Shown here piece by piece: positions 39,335-47,784 of a stretch of DNA of 64,000 bases. The translations under genes and the position numbers were made by a program. The notes below the pieces were generated by a model. That model searched no databases and had not been told where the DNA came from. It worked only from the letters and a program-made list of their open reading frames with translations. Location: the NCBI GenBank assembly GCA_012837385.1, contig DURH01000020.1:297140-361139 (forward strand), written 5' to 3'. Each line of letters opens with the position of its first letter. Position 1 is the first letter of the stretch. This DNA comes from Bacillota bacterium (lineage in GTDB: Bacteria > Bacillota > Limnochordia > Darwinibacteriales > Darwinibacteriaceae).

Positions 39335-41404
39335 GTGAAGGAATACGGAACAGAGTTCTTACGAAATGTGGCCTTGGTCGGCCATGGCGGTGCAGGAAAA
39401 ACCTCCCTTGCAGAAGCCATGCTTTTCGTATCCAAGGGTATCAACAGGTTGGGCAAGGTAGATGACGGGACAACAGTGATGGACTTCGATCCAGAAGAGA
39501 CTCGTCGTCAGATTTCGATCAATACCGCTCTAGCCCCTGCTGAGTGGAAAAACCATAAAATCAACATCCTGGATACCCCAGGCTATTTTGACTTTGTTGG
39601 TGATGTGATCGCAGCTTTGACCGTGGCTGACTCGGCTTTGGTTGTGGTCTGCGCTTCGTCTGGTGTAGAAGTGGGGACGGAGAAAAACTGGGATACTTTG
39701 GAGCAGATTGGTATTCCCCGTACCGTATTTGTGAACAAGATGGACAGGGAGAATGCCAACTTCAGCAGAGTGGTGGAAGAGCTGCGCAGCCACTTCGGTC
39801 CCAAGCTGGTGCCAGTTCAACTGCCCATTGGTGAGGCAGAGTCGTTCTCTGGCATAGTGGATCTGGTGGCTATGAAAGCCTATCTGAAAGATGGCGATTC
39901 CTTCAAGGAAGGGCCCATCCCCGCGGATATGCAGGACCAGGTAGAGGTGGCCAGGGAAGAGATGATCGAGGCGGCTTCTGTTGCCGATGAAGACTTGATG
40001 ATGAAGTACTTGGAAGGCGAAGCTCTCACCGATGAGGAAATCGAGAAGGCAGTCCGCCTCGGGACACAGACTGGCGACATGGTTCCCATCTTGTGCGGCA
40101 GCGCCCAATCGACCTTTGGCATAGCCCTGCTCAATGATCACATCGTGCAGTGCCTGCCTTCGCCTGCTAGCCGCACCATCACTGGCGTGAACGCAGATGG
40201 TGAAGAGGTTGAAATCAGTACTTCCGATAGCGAGCTTTCCGCTTTGGTCTACAAGACCATGGCTGACCCCTATGTTGGTAAGCTCACTCTGTTCAGGGTG
40301 TTTTCCGGAACGCTCCGCTCTGACAGCAGCTGTTATAACGTACGTACAGGCCGCGATGAGCGGATCGGACAGCTGTTCCTGATCAAGGGTAAGGAGCAGG
40401 TGGCAGTGAGCAAGATCGGCCCTGGCGATTTGGGCGCAGTGGCCAAACTGCAGGATACAACTACCAACGATACCCTGTCTTCTAAGGACAGAAAGATCAG
40501 CATTAAGCCCATCGCTTTCCCTAATCCCACCATGACCTTGGCTATCCAGCCTAAGGCCAAGGGAGACGAAGATAAGATTGCATCAGGTTTGGCCCGCCTC
40601 TCTGAAGAAGATCCCACCTTCAAGATCGAACGGCGGACCGATACTGGCCAGAACCTAGTGAGCGGTATGGGGGATCTGCACATTGAAGTAATGACCAGCC
40701 GCCTGCAGAAGAAGTTCGGCGTTGAAGTCGAACTAAGTACGCCGGTGGTACCCTATAGGGAAACCATCCGTGGCAGAGCAAAGGCTGAAGGAAAGCACAA
40801 GAAGCAATCCGGCGGCCGCGGTCAGTACGGACATGTGTGGTTAGAGGTTTCTGCTGCCGATCCTGATTCAGAAGAACGCCTAGTGTTCGTAGATGACATT
40901 TTCGGTGGAGCTGTACCTCGCAACTACATCCCGGCAGTTGAGAAGGGCCTCAGGGAGATTCTCGATGACGGACCCTTGGCTGGTTATCCAGTGGAAGGCG
41001 TACGCGTGTCCCTCTTTGATGGTTCCTATCATGCGGTTGACTCCTCCGAAATGGCGTTCAAGATTGCGGCAGGAATGGCCTTTCGAAAAGGGTTCCTGGA
41101 GGCCAGCCCTGTACTATTGGAGCCCATTATGAATGTGGAAATCACCGTTCCCGAGTCCTTTATGGGCGATGTGATGGGCGATATGAACAAGAAGCGCGGC
41201 AGGATTTTGGGAATGGAACCCAAAGGCAGTATGCAGGTTATCCGGGCTCAAGTCCCCATGGCCGAAATGTTCAAGTACGCCATTGATTTGAGATCCATGA
41301 CCCAGGGACGCGGCTCGTTTACTTCCGAATTCAGCCATTATGAGGAAGTGCCTGCGGCCATCGCAGAGCAAATAATCGCTGAAAGTAAGAAAAAGGACGA
41401 GTAA
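39335..41404 (+). CDS. Elongation factor G paralog (EF-G-like translational GTPase)
   Basis: VALVGHGGAGKTSLAEAMLF (G1), DTPGYFDF (G3), NKMD (G4) and domains III-V present. Not in an str operon context, hence called a paralog. GTG start follows GAGGAGGAG. Confidence 0.85.
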   Translation: MKEYGTEFLRNVALVGHGGAGKTSLAEAMLFVSKGINRLGKVDDGTTVMDFDPEETRRQISINTALAPAEWKNHKINILDTPGYFDFVGDVIAALTVADSALVVVCASSGVEVGTEKNWDTLEQIGIPRTVFVNKMDRENANFSRVVEELRSHFGPKLVPVQLPIGEAESFSGIVDLVAMKAYLKDGDSFKEGPIPADMQDQVEVAREEMIEAASVADEDLMMKYLEGEALTDEEIEKAVRLGTQTGDMVPILCGSAQSTFGIALLNDHIVQCLPSPASRTITGVNADGEEVEISTSDSELSALVYKTMADPYVGKLTLFRVFSGTLRSDSSCYNVRTGRDERIGQLFLIKGKEQVAVSKIGPGDLGAVAKLQDTTTNDTLSSKDRKISIKPIAFPNPTMTLAIQPKAKGDEDKIASGLARLSEEDPTFKIERRTDTGQNLVSGMGDLHIEVMTSRLQKKFGVEVELSTPVVPYRETIRGRAKAEGKHKKQSGGRGQYGHVWLEVSAADPDSEERLVFVDDIFGGAVPRNYIPAVEKGLREILDDGPLAGYPVEGVRVSLFDGSYHAVDSSEMAFKIAAGMAFRKGFLEASPVLLEPIMNVEITVPESFMGDVMGDMNKKRGRILGMEPKGSMQVIRAQVPMAEMFKYAIDLRSMTQGRGSFTSEFSHYEEVPAAIAEQIIAESKKKDE

Positions 41405-41427
41405 GCAGAGTATCTACGTCCATTAAG

Positions 41428-41457
41428 TGCAGCCCGGCAGGGCTGCATATTTTTTTG
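41428..41457 (+). terminator. Terminator after the EF-G paralog
   Basis: TGCAGCCC-GGCA-GGGCTGCA followed by TATTTTTTT. Confidence 0.85.
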
Positions 41458-41479
41458 CCCCAAGCATAGGCTGTATGGG

Positions 41480-41881
41480 GTGATCTCCATGGCAAGGAAG
41501 AATGATCTCGAAGCAGCACGCTTTTGGCTGCAGCCCTTGGCTGTACTGCAGGGATTAGTGGTCGCCTTGGGCTTTCTGTTTCTGTTTTCCACGGGCCTAG
41601 CAGTGGTTGTGTACTTCTCCTCCTGGCAGGCCACTCCCAGCCTGCTTACACTCCTGGCTCACCTAGCTGTGTTCGCCGGCGCGTTTTGGTCCGGGAAAAA
41701 ATGCCTGCGTAAGGCTTGGATTCATGGCATTGCAGTAGGGTGTTTGGCTTTTCTGCTTTTCGGTTTCCTAGGATCTGGGGGACATGCCTTTTCGAGCTGG
41801 CTGTGGTGGCAGAGGCTGCTGCGCATGGTGTTGGTTACGATGCTGGGGGGAATGGTGGGCGGGTTGTTGAAGGATGGCTGA
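41480..41881 (+). CDS. Small 4-TM membrane protein, unknown function
   Basis: 133-aa hydrophobic ORF with weak RBS. The start may be the ATG at 41489. Confidence 0.55.
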   Translation: MISMARKNDLEAARFWLQPLAVLQGLVVALGFLFLFSTGLAVVVYFSSWQATPSLLTLLAHLAVFAGAFWSGKKCLRKAWIHGIAVGCLAFLLFGFLGSGGHAFSSWLWWQRLLRMVLVTMLGGMVGGLLKDG

Positions 41882-41979
41882 TGCCCAAAGCAGACAAAAA
41901 AACTTCCAGACGCAGGACTAGGTCTTCCCTTAGCGAAAGAAGAAATATGGCATGAAATCATGTTGATGGAGGATGAGTC

Positions 41980-42768
41980 TTGCGCGCCTCGAAACGTCAG
42001 TTAATTTGGCTGTTTGCAGTGTTTTTCTTGATGGTAACTACCGCCTCGGCCGCTTGGGCAGAAGGCGAATCGGAGGAAGTGATGGAGACTCCCCTTGATC
42101 TGGACGAGCTGGTTAGGCCATCTGTGGTCTACGCTGAGATTACCGTGGAAACCCCTGCCTACGATGATTGGGCAACTGGGCGCAGTAAGGTTGGCCAATT
42201 CAGCGCTGGAGAAGTAGTGGAAGTGGTGCGTGATCGCGGCTATGAGTGGTACTTTGTTAGAGCCGCTGACGGCAGGGAAGGTTGGGTGTCTGTAAATAGC
42301 TTGGCTATCCCCAGTGATCCCGCCACTAACACCAATCGATTGCCTAAAGAGATGGTAGAAGCTTTCGTGAATACGCGAGGATTGACATCCAAGACAGACC
42401 AGCTGGTTTGGGTCGATATTGATCGGCAGCTCACCCATGTCTTCGTTGGTAGTGCGGGCAGTTGGCAGTTGGTGCGCACTATGAACTGTGCCACGGGGAA
42501 GAACACAGCCCCCACGCTGCGGGGCTTCCACGAAATTGGCGAGCGGGGTGAGTGGTTCTTTGCCGAACGCTTTGGTCAGGGGGCAGAGAACTGGGTTCAG
42601 TTTTCTGGCCCGTATCTATTCCATTCACTTCCCATGGACAGGGAGCACAACATTGTAGATTACAAGCTGGGGGTGAGGAGCTCCTCAGGATGTGTCCGTT
42701 TGTCCATGGAGGATTCACTCTGGTTCTACTCCTTTATCAAGAGAAATTCCGCCGTGTTTGTGTATTAG
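41980..42768 (+). CDS. L,D-transpeptidase (YkuD) with N-terminal signal and SH3b domain
   Basis: Catalytic block FHSLPMD...GVRSSSGCVRLSMEDSLWFY. SH3-like GEVVEVVRDRGYEWYFVRAADGREGWVSVNSL. TTG start follows GGAGGATGAG. Confidence 0.85.
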   Translation: MRASKRQLIWLFAVFFLMVTTASAAWAEGESEEVMETPLDLDELVRPSVVYAEITVETPAYDDWATGRSKVGQFSAGEVVEVVRDRGYEWYFVRAADGREGWVSVNSLAIPSDPATNTNRLPKEMVEAFVNTRGLTSKTDQLVWVDIDRQLTHVFVGSAGSWQLVRTMNCATGKNTAPTLRGFHEIGERGEWFFAERFGQGAENWVQFSGPYLFHSLPMDREHNIVDYKLGVRSSSGCVRLSMEDSLWFYSFIKRNSAVFVY

Positions 42769-42867
42769 TGGCCTGCCCCATCGTTGGAGATGGGGCCCTT
42801 TGCCGTTTTTCAGGGCTTTTTGGTACTAAATTCTAAATCCATATGATGAAAGGAACATACTGCTCTC

Positions 42868-44247
42868 ATGACTGGACTGAAAGGAAGATGGCAGAGCACT
42901 GATGGATCGCTGCTGCACTCGATGCTGACGTTCGCCTTGCCCATTATGGCTATGAATCTTCTGCAGCTGCTCTTTAACGCTGCGGACATGGTTGTCGTTG
43001 GGCGATTTGACGGCAGTGCCGCCTTGGCGGCTGTTGGGGCCACAGGATCGCTCATTAACTTAATTGTAAATCTATTTATGGGGCTTTCTGTGGGCACCAG
43101 TGTAGTGGTGGCACGGGATTATGGGGCGAGGAAGGTGGAGGCCATTCGGCAGTCAGTGCACACCTCCATCGCGGTAAGCTTAGTGGGAGGAGCCATCGCC
43201 ACAACGATTGGGCTCCTGTTCTGTGCTCCCCTTTTGCGCTGGATGGGTACGCCGGAGGACATCCTGTCGGCAGCGACTCTGTATATGAGGATTCTTTTTG
43301 CCGGTATGCCCGCAAGCATGGTGTACAACTTCGGTGCCGCTATCCTCCGGGCTGTGGGTGACAGTAAGAGGCCTATGTACTTCTTGGTTGTGAGCGGAGC
43401 TGTAAACGTGGTACTAAACCTCATTTTCGTAGCGGTACTGCGCCTTGGCGTAGCCGGGGTGGCCTGGGCTACGATAATCTCCCAGTATCTGGCCATGGGC
43501 CTGATCATGGCTTCCCTAATGAAGAACGAGGGGCCTCTGCGTTTTAACTGGAGGCGGCTGCGCATCCACGGGTTGAAGCTCGCGCAGATCCTGAAAATTG
43601 GTGTGCCAGCGGGGCTGCAAAGCGTCCTGTTTTCCATCTCCAATGTCCTGATTCAAAGCGCTGTGAATTCTTTCGGTACCACTATGGTGGCGGCCAACGC
43701 CGCGGCCTCCAACGTAGAAGGGTTGGTTTCAACAACCATGAACTCCTACTACCAGGCGGCGATAACCTTTACTGGTCAGAGTGTGGGGGCAGAAGACTAT
43801 GATCGTATTGACGTCATCGCCAAAATCTCCACCGGCCTAATCTTTGGAACTTGGATCGTCGTGGGTGGGCTGGTCCTCTTCTTCGGCCGTCCCTTGCTGG
43901 CGATTTACACCGCCGATCCGGCAGTGATCGATCTAGGTATGCTTCGTATGAAGGTGATGATGGCTGTTTACTTCACCTGTGGGATCATGAACGTGTTCCC
44001 AGGATTGACGCGAGCCATGGGTTATTCGGTGCTGCCCATGCTATCCACCTTGGTGGGAGCCTGCCTGATGCGCATCGTTTGGCTGGCTACTGTCTTTAAG
44101 TGGTACCCAACAGAATTCGTCCTTTTTGCAGTCTATCCAGTCACCTGGGCGTTGGCAGGACTGGGACAGGTGGCAAGTTTCTTCTATGCCCGCAGCCAGA
44201 TCCGCAGGCGGGCATCGGCCGCGCGACACAGCGAAGCAGTGGTTTAG
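42868..44247 (+). CDS. MATE-family multidrug/sodium efflux transporter
   Basis: 12-TM ORF with typical MATE N-terminus (LTFALPIMAMNLLQLLFNAADMVVVGRF) and GVAGVAWATIISQ. Confidence 0.85.
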   Translation: MTGLKGRWQSTDGSLLHSMLTFALPIMAMNLLQLLFNAADMVVVGRFDGSAALAAVGATGSLINLIVNLFMGLSVGTSVVVARDYGARKVEAIRQSVHTSIAVSLVGGAIATTIGLLFCAPLLRWMGTPEDILSAATLYMRILFAGMPASMVYNFGAAILRAVGDSKRPMYFLVVSGAVNVVLNLIFVAVLRLGVAGVAWATIISQYLAMGLIMASLMKNEGPLRFNWRRLRIHGLKLAQILKIGVPAGLQSVLFSISNVLIQSAVNSFGTTMVAANAAASNVEGLVSTTMNSYYQAAITFTGQSVGAEDYDRIDVIAKISTGLIFGTWIVVGGLVLFFGRPLLAIYTADPAVIDLGMLRMKVMMAVYFTCGIMNVFPGLTRAMGYSVLPMLSTLVGACLMRIVWLATVFKWYPTEFVLFAVYPVTWALAGLGQVASFFYARSQIRRRASAARHSEAVV

Positions 44248-44267
44248 TCCTGCAGGGAGTGATTATT

Positions 44268-44738
44268 ATGAAAAGATGCCCAGATGAATACTTGACAAGG
44301 TGGTTTTCCATAATGCATCGCCTGACCATGAGCTGCGTAGCCAACGGTCTGAAGGAACACAATGTGGGCAGCGGTCAAGCTATGTTTCTGCTTGAGCTTT
44401 TTCACTGCGATGGAATCAGGCAGGAGGAGCTGTCCAAACACCTGAATATTGATGGAGCCAACACCACTCGAGCTATCAAAAAACTGGTACAGGAAGGATA
44501 TGTAGAACGCCGACCTGATCCTGAGGACGGTAGGGCGCAGCGGATCTTCCTCACAGAAAGGGCTTTTCAGCTAAAACCCCAGCTTTTTGATGTTCTCAGC
44601 GATTGCGAGCAAACACTCCTGGAAGGCTTGAGTGCAGAGGAAAGGAAGCTGTTCATAAGCCTGGTCAAGAGAATCGGGCATTTTGTTGCCGATGCAGGAC
44701 GCTGTGCGGACTGCTCATTTAGTGCCGATTGTTCTTGA
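44268..44738 (+). CDS. MarR-family transcriptional regulator
   Basis: Winged-helix region GSGQAMFLLELFHCDGIRQEELSKHLNIDGANTTRAIKKLVQEGYVERRPDPEDGRAQRIFLT. ATG at 44268 follows GGGAG. Directly downstream of the MATE gene. Confidence 0.85.
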   Translation: MKRCPDEYLTRWFSIMHRLTMSCVANGLKEHNVGSGQAMFLLELFHCDGIRQEELSKHLNIDGANTTRAIKKLVQEGYVERRPDPEDGRAQRIFLTERAFQLKPQLFDVLSDCEQTLLEGLSAEERKLFISLVKRIGHFVADAGRCADCSFSADCS

Positions 44739-44764
44739 CAGCCCACGATTTTTCTGCTTTAATG

Positions 44765-45068
44765 ATGGGTAATAGCAGAGACGATGAAGAGGAGACGCCA
44801 TAGGAGTGGTCTTCACAGCGAGCTGGAGATGGTGCAAGTCCAGCAAGAACCCTCTATGGAAGGACACCTTGGAGTTGCCGTCTGATCAAAAAGATGTGCC
44901 GGTTCCCACCGTTATCTGGACCAGAGATACTCTTGCTTAGAGTTGTAATTTGGGTGGCACCACGATCATCTCGTCCCATTGGGGACGGGATTTTTTTCTA
45001 GGCGGAGTAAATAGGGTGGCACCGCGCCAAATGCGCCCCTAACCATTTTGGTTAGGGGTAGTTTTATT
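44765..45068 (+). promoter_or_regulatory. T-box riboswitch leader (Asp specifier GAC) with two antiterminator/terminator modules
   Basis: K-turn GATGA 44783-44787. Distal loop GGTGCAA 44831-44837. Specifier GAC+A 44863-44866. T-box 1 AATTTGGGTGGCACCACG 44947-44964 with terminator 44970-44997. T-box 2 AAATAGGGTGGCACCGCG 45009-45026 with terminator 45036-45068. Confidence 0.85.
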
Positions 45069-45083
45069 GAGGGAGAGATGAAC

Positions 45084-46367
45084 ATGACTAGAACACTGAT
45101 AGCGGATCTCAACAGCCATCTCAACGAAGAGGTAGTAGTGAAGGGGTGGGTGGAGCGTATCAGGGAATTGAGCAGTGTGACCTTTCTCATCCTTCGGGAT
45201 CGCACAGGGAGGGTCCAAGCCGCGGCCGAACCCGGCCTGGTCTCCAGGCTCAAACTCTCCACGGAGAGCGTCGTTGAGCTCCGGGGAAGGGTGAAGCCAG
45301 AACCCAGGTCCAAAATGGGTTTCGAAGTCGCGGTCAGCACTATTGGGGTTCTGTCTGCGGCAGGACCGTTACCCATCAATATTAACGGACCTACCCTGAA
45401 CGTTCCCCTGGAACTCGTTTTGGATAACAGAGTCTTAACCCTCAGGCATGCGACGATCAATCCGATCTTCAGAATTCAGGCTGCTTTAGCCCAGGGTTTT
45501 CAGAGCTTTTTGATCAGGGAAGGCTTCACACAGGTTTTTACCCCAAAGATTGTGGCCAGCGGTACTGAGGGTGGCACCGAACTGTTTTCTGTCCAGTATT
45601 TCGATGAAAAAGCCTATCTCTGTCAGAGCCCTCAGTTCTATAAGCAGATGCTGGTGGGTGCCGGTTTCGAACGAGTGTTCGAGGTGGGGCATGTGTATCG
45701 CGCTGAAAAACATGCGACCTCTCGCCATCTCAATGAGTATGTCAGTCTAGACTTGGAAATGGGATTTATCGAGAACGAACACGACGTTATGGACTTGGAG
45801 AACAGACTGCTGCGTTTTATGTTCGAGTATGTTGGAGAGCGGTGTGAGGGAGAGTTGAAGTCACTCGATGTAGTGCTGCCGGTTGTGCCTGTGATTCCCA
45901 AAGTCCCCCTTTTGGAAGCCTTGGAGCTCCTGGAAAGGGAGTTCGGAAAGACCCATGAAGGCAGAGACTTGGATCCCGAGGGCGAGAGATTGCTGAGCAA
46001 GTATGTCTACGATACTACAGGAAGTGAGTTTGTCTTTGTCACTGACTATCCTTGGGAGAAGCGCCCCATGTACACTATGCCCAAGGGACGAGATGCGACC
46101 CGCAGCTTCGACCTTCTCTTTCGGGGATTGGAGATCACTACTGGAGGGCAGAGGATTCACAGCTATGATCTGCTGGTGGAGAACATGCTCAGGAAGGGGC
46201 TGGAACCCGGCCAGTTCTCGTCATATCTCAACGCCTTTGCCCTAGGTATGCCGCCCCATGGCGGGCTGGCAATTGGTCTAGAGCGCCTCACAGCCCAGAT
46301 TGCGGGCTTGATCAATGTCCGCGAGGCCAGCTTGTTTCCCCGTGACCGCCACCGCCTGACGCCCTGA
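45084..46367 (+). CDS. aspS: Aspartyl-tRNA synthetase, short archaeal/type-2 form (about 427 aa)
   Basis: OB-fold N-terminus VVVKGWVERIRELSSVTFLILRDRTG. Class II motifs FRAEKHATSRHLNEY-like (YRAEKHATSRHLNEY) and GGLAIGLERL. Lacks the long bacterial insertion domain. ATG at 45084 follows GAGGGAGAG. Confidence 0.9.
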   Translation: MTRTLIADLNSHLNEEVVVKGWVERIRELSSVTFLILRDRTGRVQAAAEPGLVSRLKLSTESVVELRGRVKPEPRSKMGFEVAVSTIGVLSAAGPLPININGPTLNVPLELVLDNRVLTLRHATINPIFRIQAALAQGFQSFLIREGFTQVFTPKIVASGTEGGTELFSVQYFDEKAYLCQSPQFYKQMLVGAGFERVFEVGHVYRAEKHATSRHLNEYVSLDLEMGFIENEHDVMDLENRLLRFMFEYVGERCEGELKSLDVVLPVVPVIPKVPLLEALELLEREFGKTHEGRDLDPEGERLLSKYVYDTTGSEFVFVTDYPWEKRPMYTMPKGRDATRSFDLLFRGLEITTGGQRIHSYDLLVENMLRKGLEPGQFSSYLNAFALGMPPHGGLAIGLERLTAQIAGLINVREASLFPRDRHRLTP

Positions 46368-46389
46368 CCAGTATATTTTAGATCTCTGG

Positions 46390-46404
46390 TGGTATAATAT
46401 ACCA
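46390..46404 (+). promoter_or_regulatory. Extended -10 promoter element (TGgTATAAT) embedded in a perfect 7-1-7 palindrome
   Basis: TGGTATA-A-TATACCA at 46390-46404. TATAAT at 46393-46398 with TG at 46390-46391. No good -35 seen. Confidence 0.45.
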
Positions 46405-46557
46405 GTGGGACCTGCCAGGCAGGATCTTGCTCACCTGCGCAGAAATATGAATGTTGAGTACGTCATAGGCGTACTGAGAGCAGTGGTAAGGGCATAGGAG
46501 TTGCCGGATTGTGAATAGGATAGAGCGAGGAATACGGATCTAAAGGAGGCCAATGAT

Positions 46558-46629
46558 ATGCTCGAGCTCATCGGAGCTGTCGTCGTTATCTGGGCAGTCA
46601 TCTATTTCCTCAGCAGGATGGCTCCCTAA
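46558..46629 (+). CDS. 23-aa hydrophobic micro-protein / leader peptide candidate
   Basis: AAAGGAGG (46542-46549) lies 8 nt before the ATG at 46558. My translation: MLELIGAVVVIWAVIYFLSRMAP. The ORF-track 60-aa alternative (ATG 46553) has only 3-nt SD spacing and reads through a terminator hairpin. Confidence 0.4.
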   Translation: MLELIGAVVVIWAVIYFLSRMAP

Positions 46630-46678
46630 CCAAGCCGTGTTTGGAACAACGCGTTTCAGCCTGCTGAACCAGGCGTAT

Positions 46679-46714
46679 AGGAGAGAACCCCAGCGGCATC
46701 TCTCCTTTGTTTTT
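46679..46714 (+). terminator. Intrinsic terminator/attenuator between the micro-ORF and the ABC-2 permease gene
   Basis: AGGAGAGA-loop(12)-TCTCTCCT followed by TTGTTTTT. Confidence 0.65.
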
Positions 46715-46746
46715 CAGGTGGGAAGATCACAATAGGGGTTTTTGTT

Positions 46747-47784
46747 ATGGGAGAGACGGTGCGGCGTCTAGGAGCCTTTATAAAGAAGGACCTAATTGAG
46801 TCAACAAGAAACCGATCCATTTTCATTGCAGTGCTGCTGCCAGTTCTGGCTTCACTCCTCTTTAGTGTGCTTGATAGTGTCCAGACGCCGAAACAGTTTT
46901 CCATCGGTGTCTTGGATCAGTCTGATTTAGGATTTGCCAGTTTCGTGGAGTCGACAGCTCTCAACTTCGAGGTACGGATCGTGCACGATGAAGAGGAAGG
47001 CCGCGACATGCTAGCGGCGGGGATCCTCCACGGTTTGGTGGCGGTCAGGGGCGGCAGCTCGTTTCAGATCTTTCTGGACAGCGGCAGGCCCTTGTACTTC
47101 TTTGCGCTCAAGGAGAACCTCACCAGTCTCATCGAAGTGTACGTGGGCGCAGTACCCGCCTACGATCTGGAGGTAGTTGCAGTGGGTGAGGGCAGGGTGA
47201 GCCGCTCTGTACTGCCTGTGTGGATCACAGTTACTATGAGTATGATCGGCATCATGGTTGTTTCCGGTATGTTTGCCGAGGAGAAGGACAGCAGGACCCT
47301 CGATGCCATCGGTGTTTCTCCCGTGGGTTACCATGAGCTCTTGATCGGTAAAGGTGTCTTTGGCGTGGTATTGAGCCTGGGCACGGTGCTAATTATGCTG
47401 CTTCTGAACGGAGCATACAACATGGGTCCGGCTGCATGGGCTGCAGTCCTCATCCTCATACTGTGCGGTTCGCTGTGCTTTACCGCGATGGGGTTGTTGA
47501 TCGGCGTGCTCTCCAAGGGCCAATCAGCTGCCCGCTCAGCGGCGGCCATTGTTTACTTCCCGCTGCTCTTTCCCACCTTGATTTCCGATCTGTCCACCTC
47601 AACGCGCCTCTTAGCTGGACTCTTTCCAACCTACTATTTATTCACTGGGCTGGAATCAATTCTCCTGCACGGCGGCGGTCTGCCTGGGATCTGGAACGAA
47701 TTCGCGGTTCTCGCAGGCTTTTCTGTGCTGCTCCTTGCCGCCGCGGCTTTGGCGCATAGAAGGATGGTGAACGTCCGTGTTTAG
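46747..47784 (+). CDS. ABC-2-type transporter permease
   Basis: 345 aa. N-terminal cytoplasmic segment and first TM, a large extracytoplasmic loop, then 5 TMs. This is typical ABC-2 exporter topology. Confidence 0.75.
   Translation: MGETVRRLGAFIKKDLIESTRNRSIFIAVLLPVLASLLFSVLDSVQTPKQFSIGVLDQSDLGFASFVESTALNFEVRIVHDEEEGRDMLAAGILHGLVAVRGGSSFQIFLDSGRPLYFFALKENLTSLIEVYVGAVPAYDLEVVAVGEGRVSRSVLPVWITVTMSMIGIMVVSGMFAEEKDSRTLDAIGVSPVGYHELLIGKGVFGVVLSLGTVLIMLLLNGAYNMGPAAWAAVLILILCGSLCFTAMGLLIGVLSKGQSAARSAAAIVYFPLLFPTLISDLSTSTRLLAGLFPTYYLFTGLESILLHGGGLPGIWNEFAVLAGFSVLLLAAAALAHRRMVNVRV

Noticed and set aside
46553-46735. 60-aa ORF MICSSSSELSSLSGQSS... upstream of the ABC-2 permease.
   Set aside because: Its SD spacing is only 3 nt, its sequence is Ser-rich and low-complexity, and the frame runs through a strong terminator hairpin. 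The overlapping 23-codon frame from ATG 46558 has ideal SD spacing.
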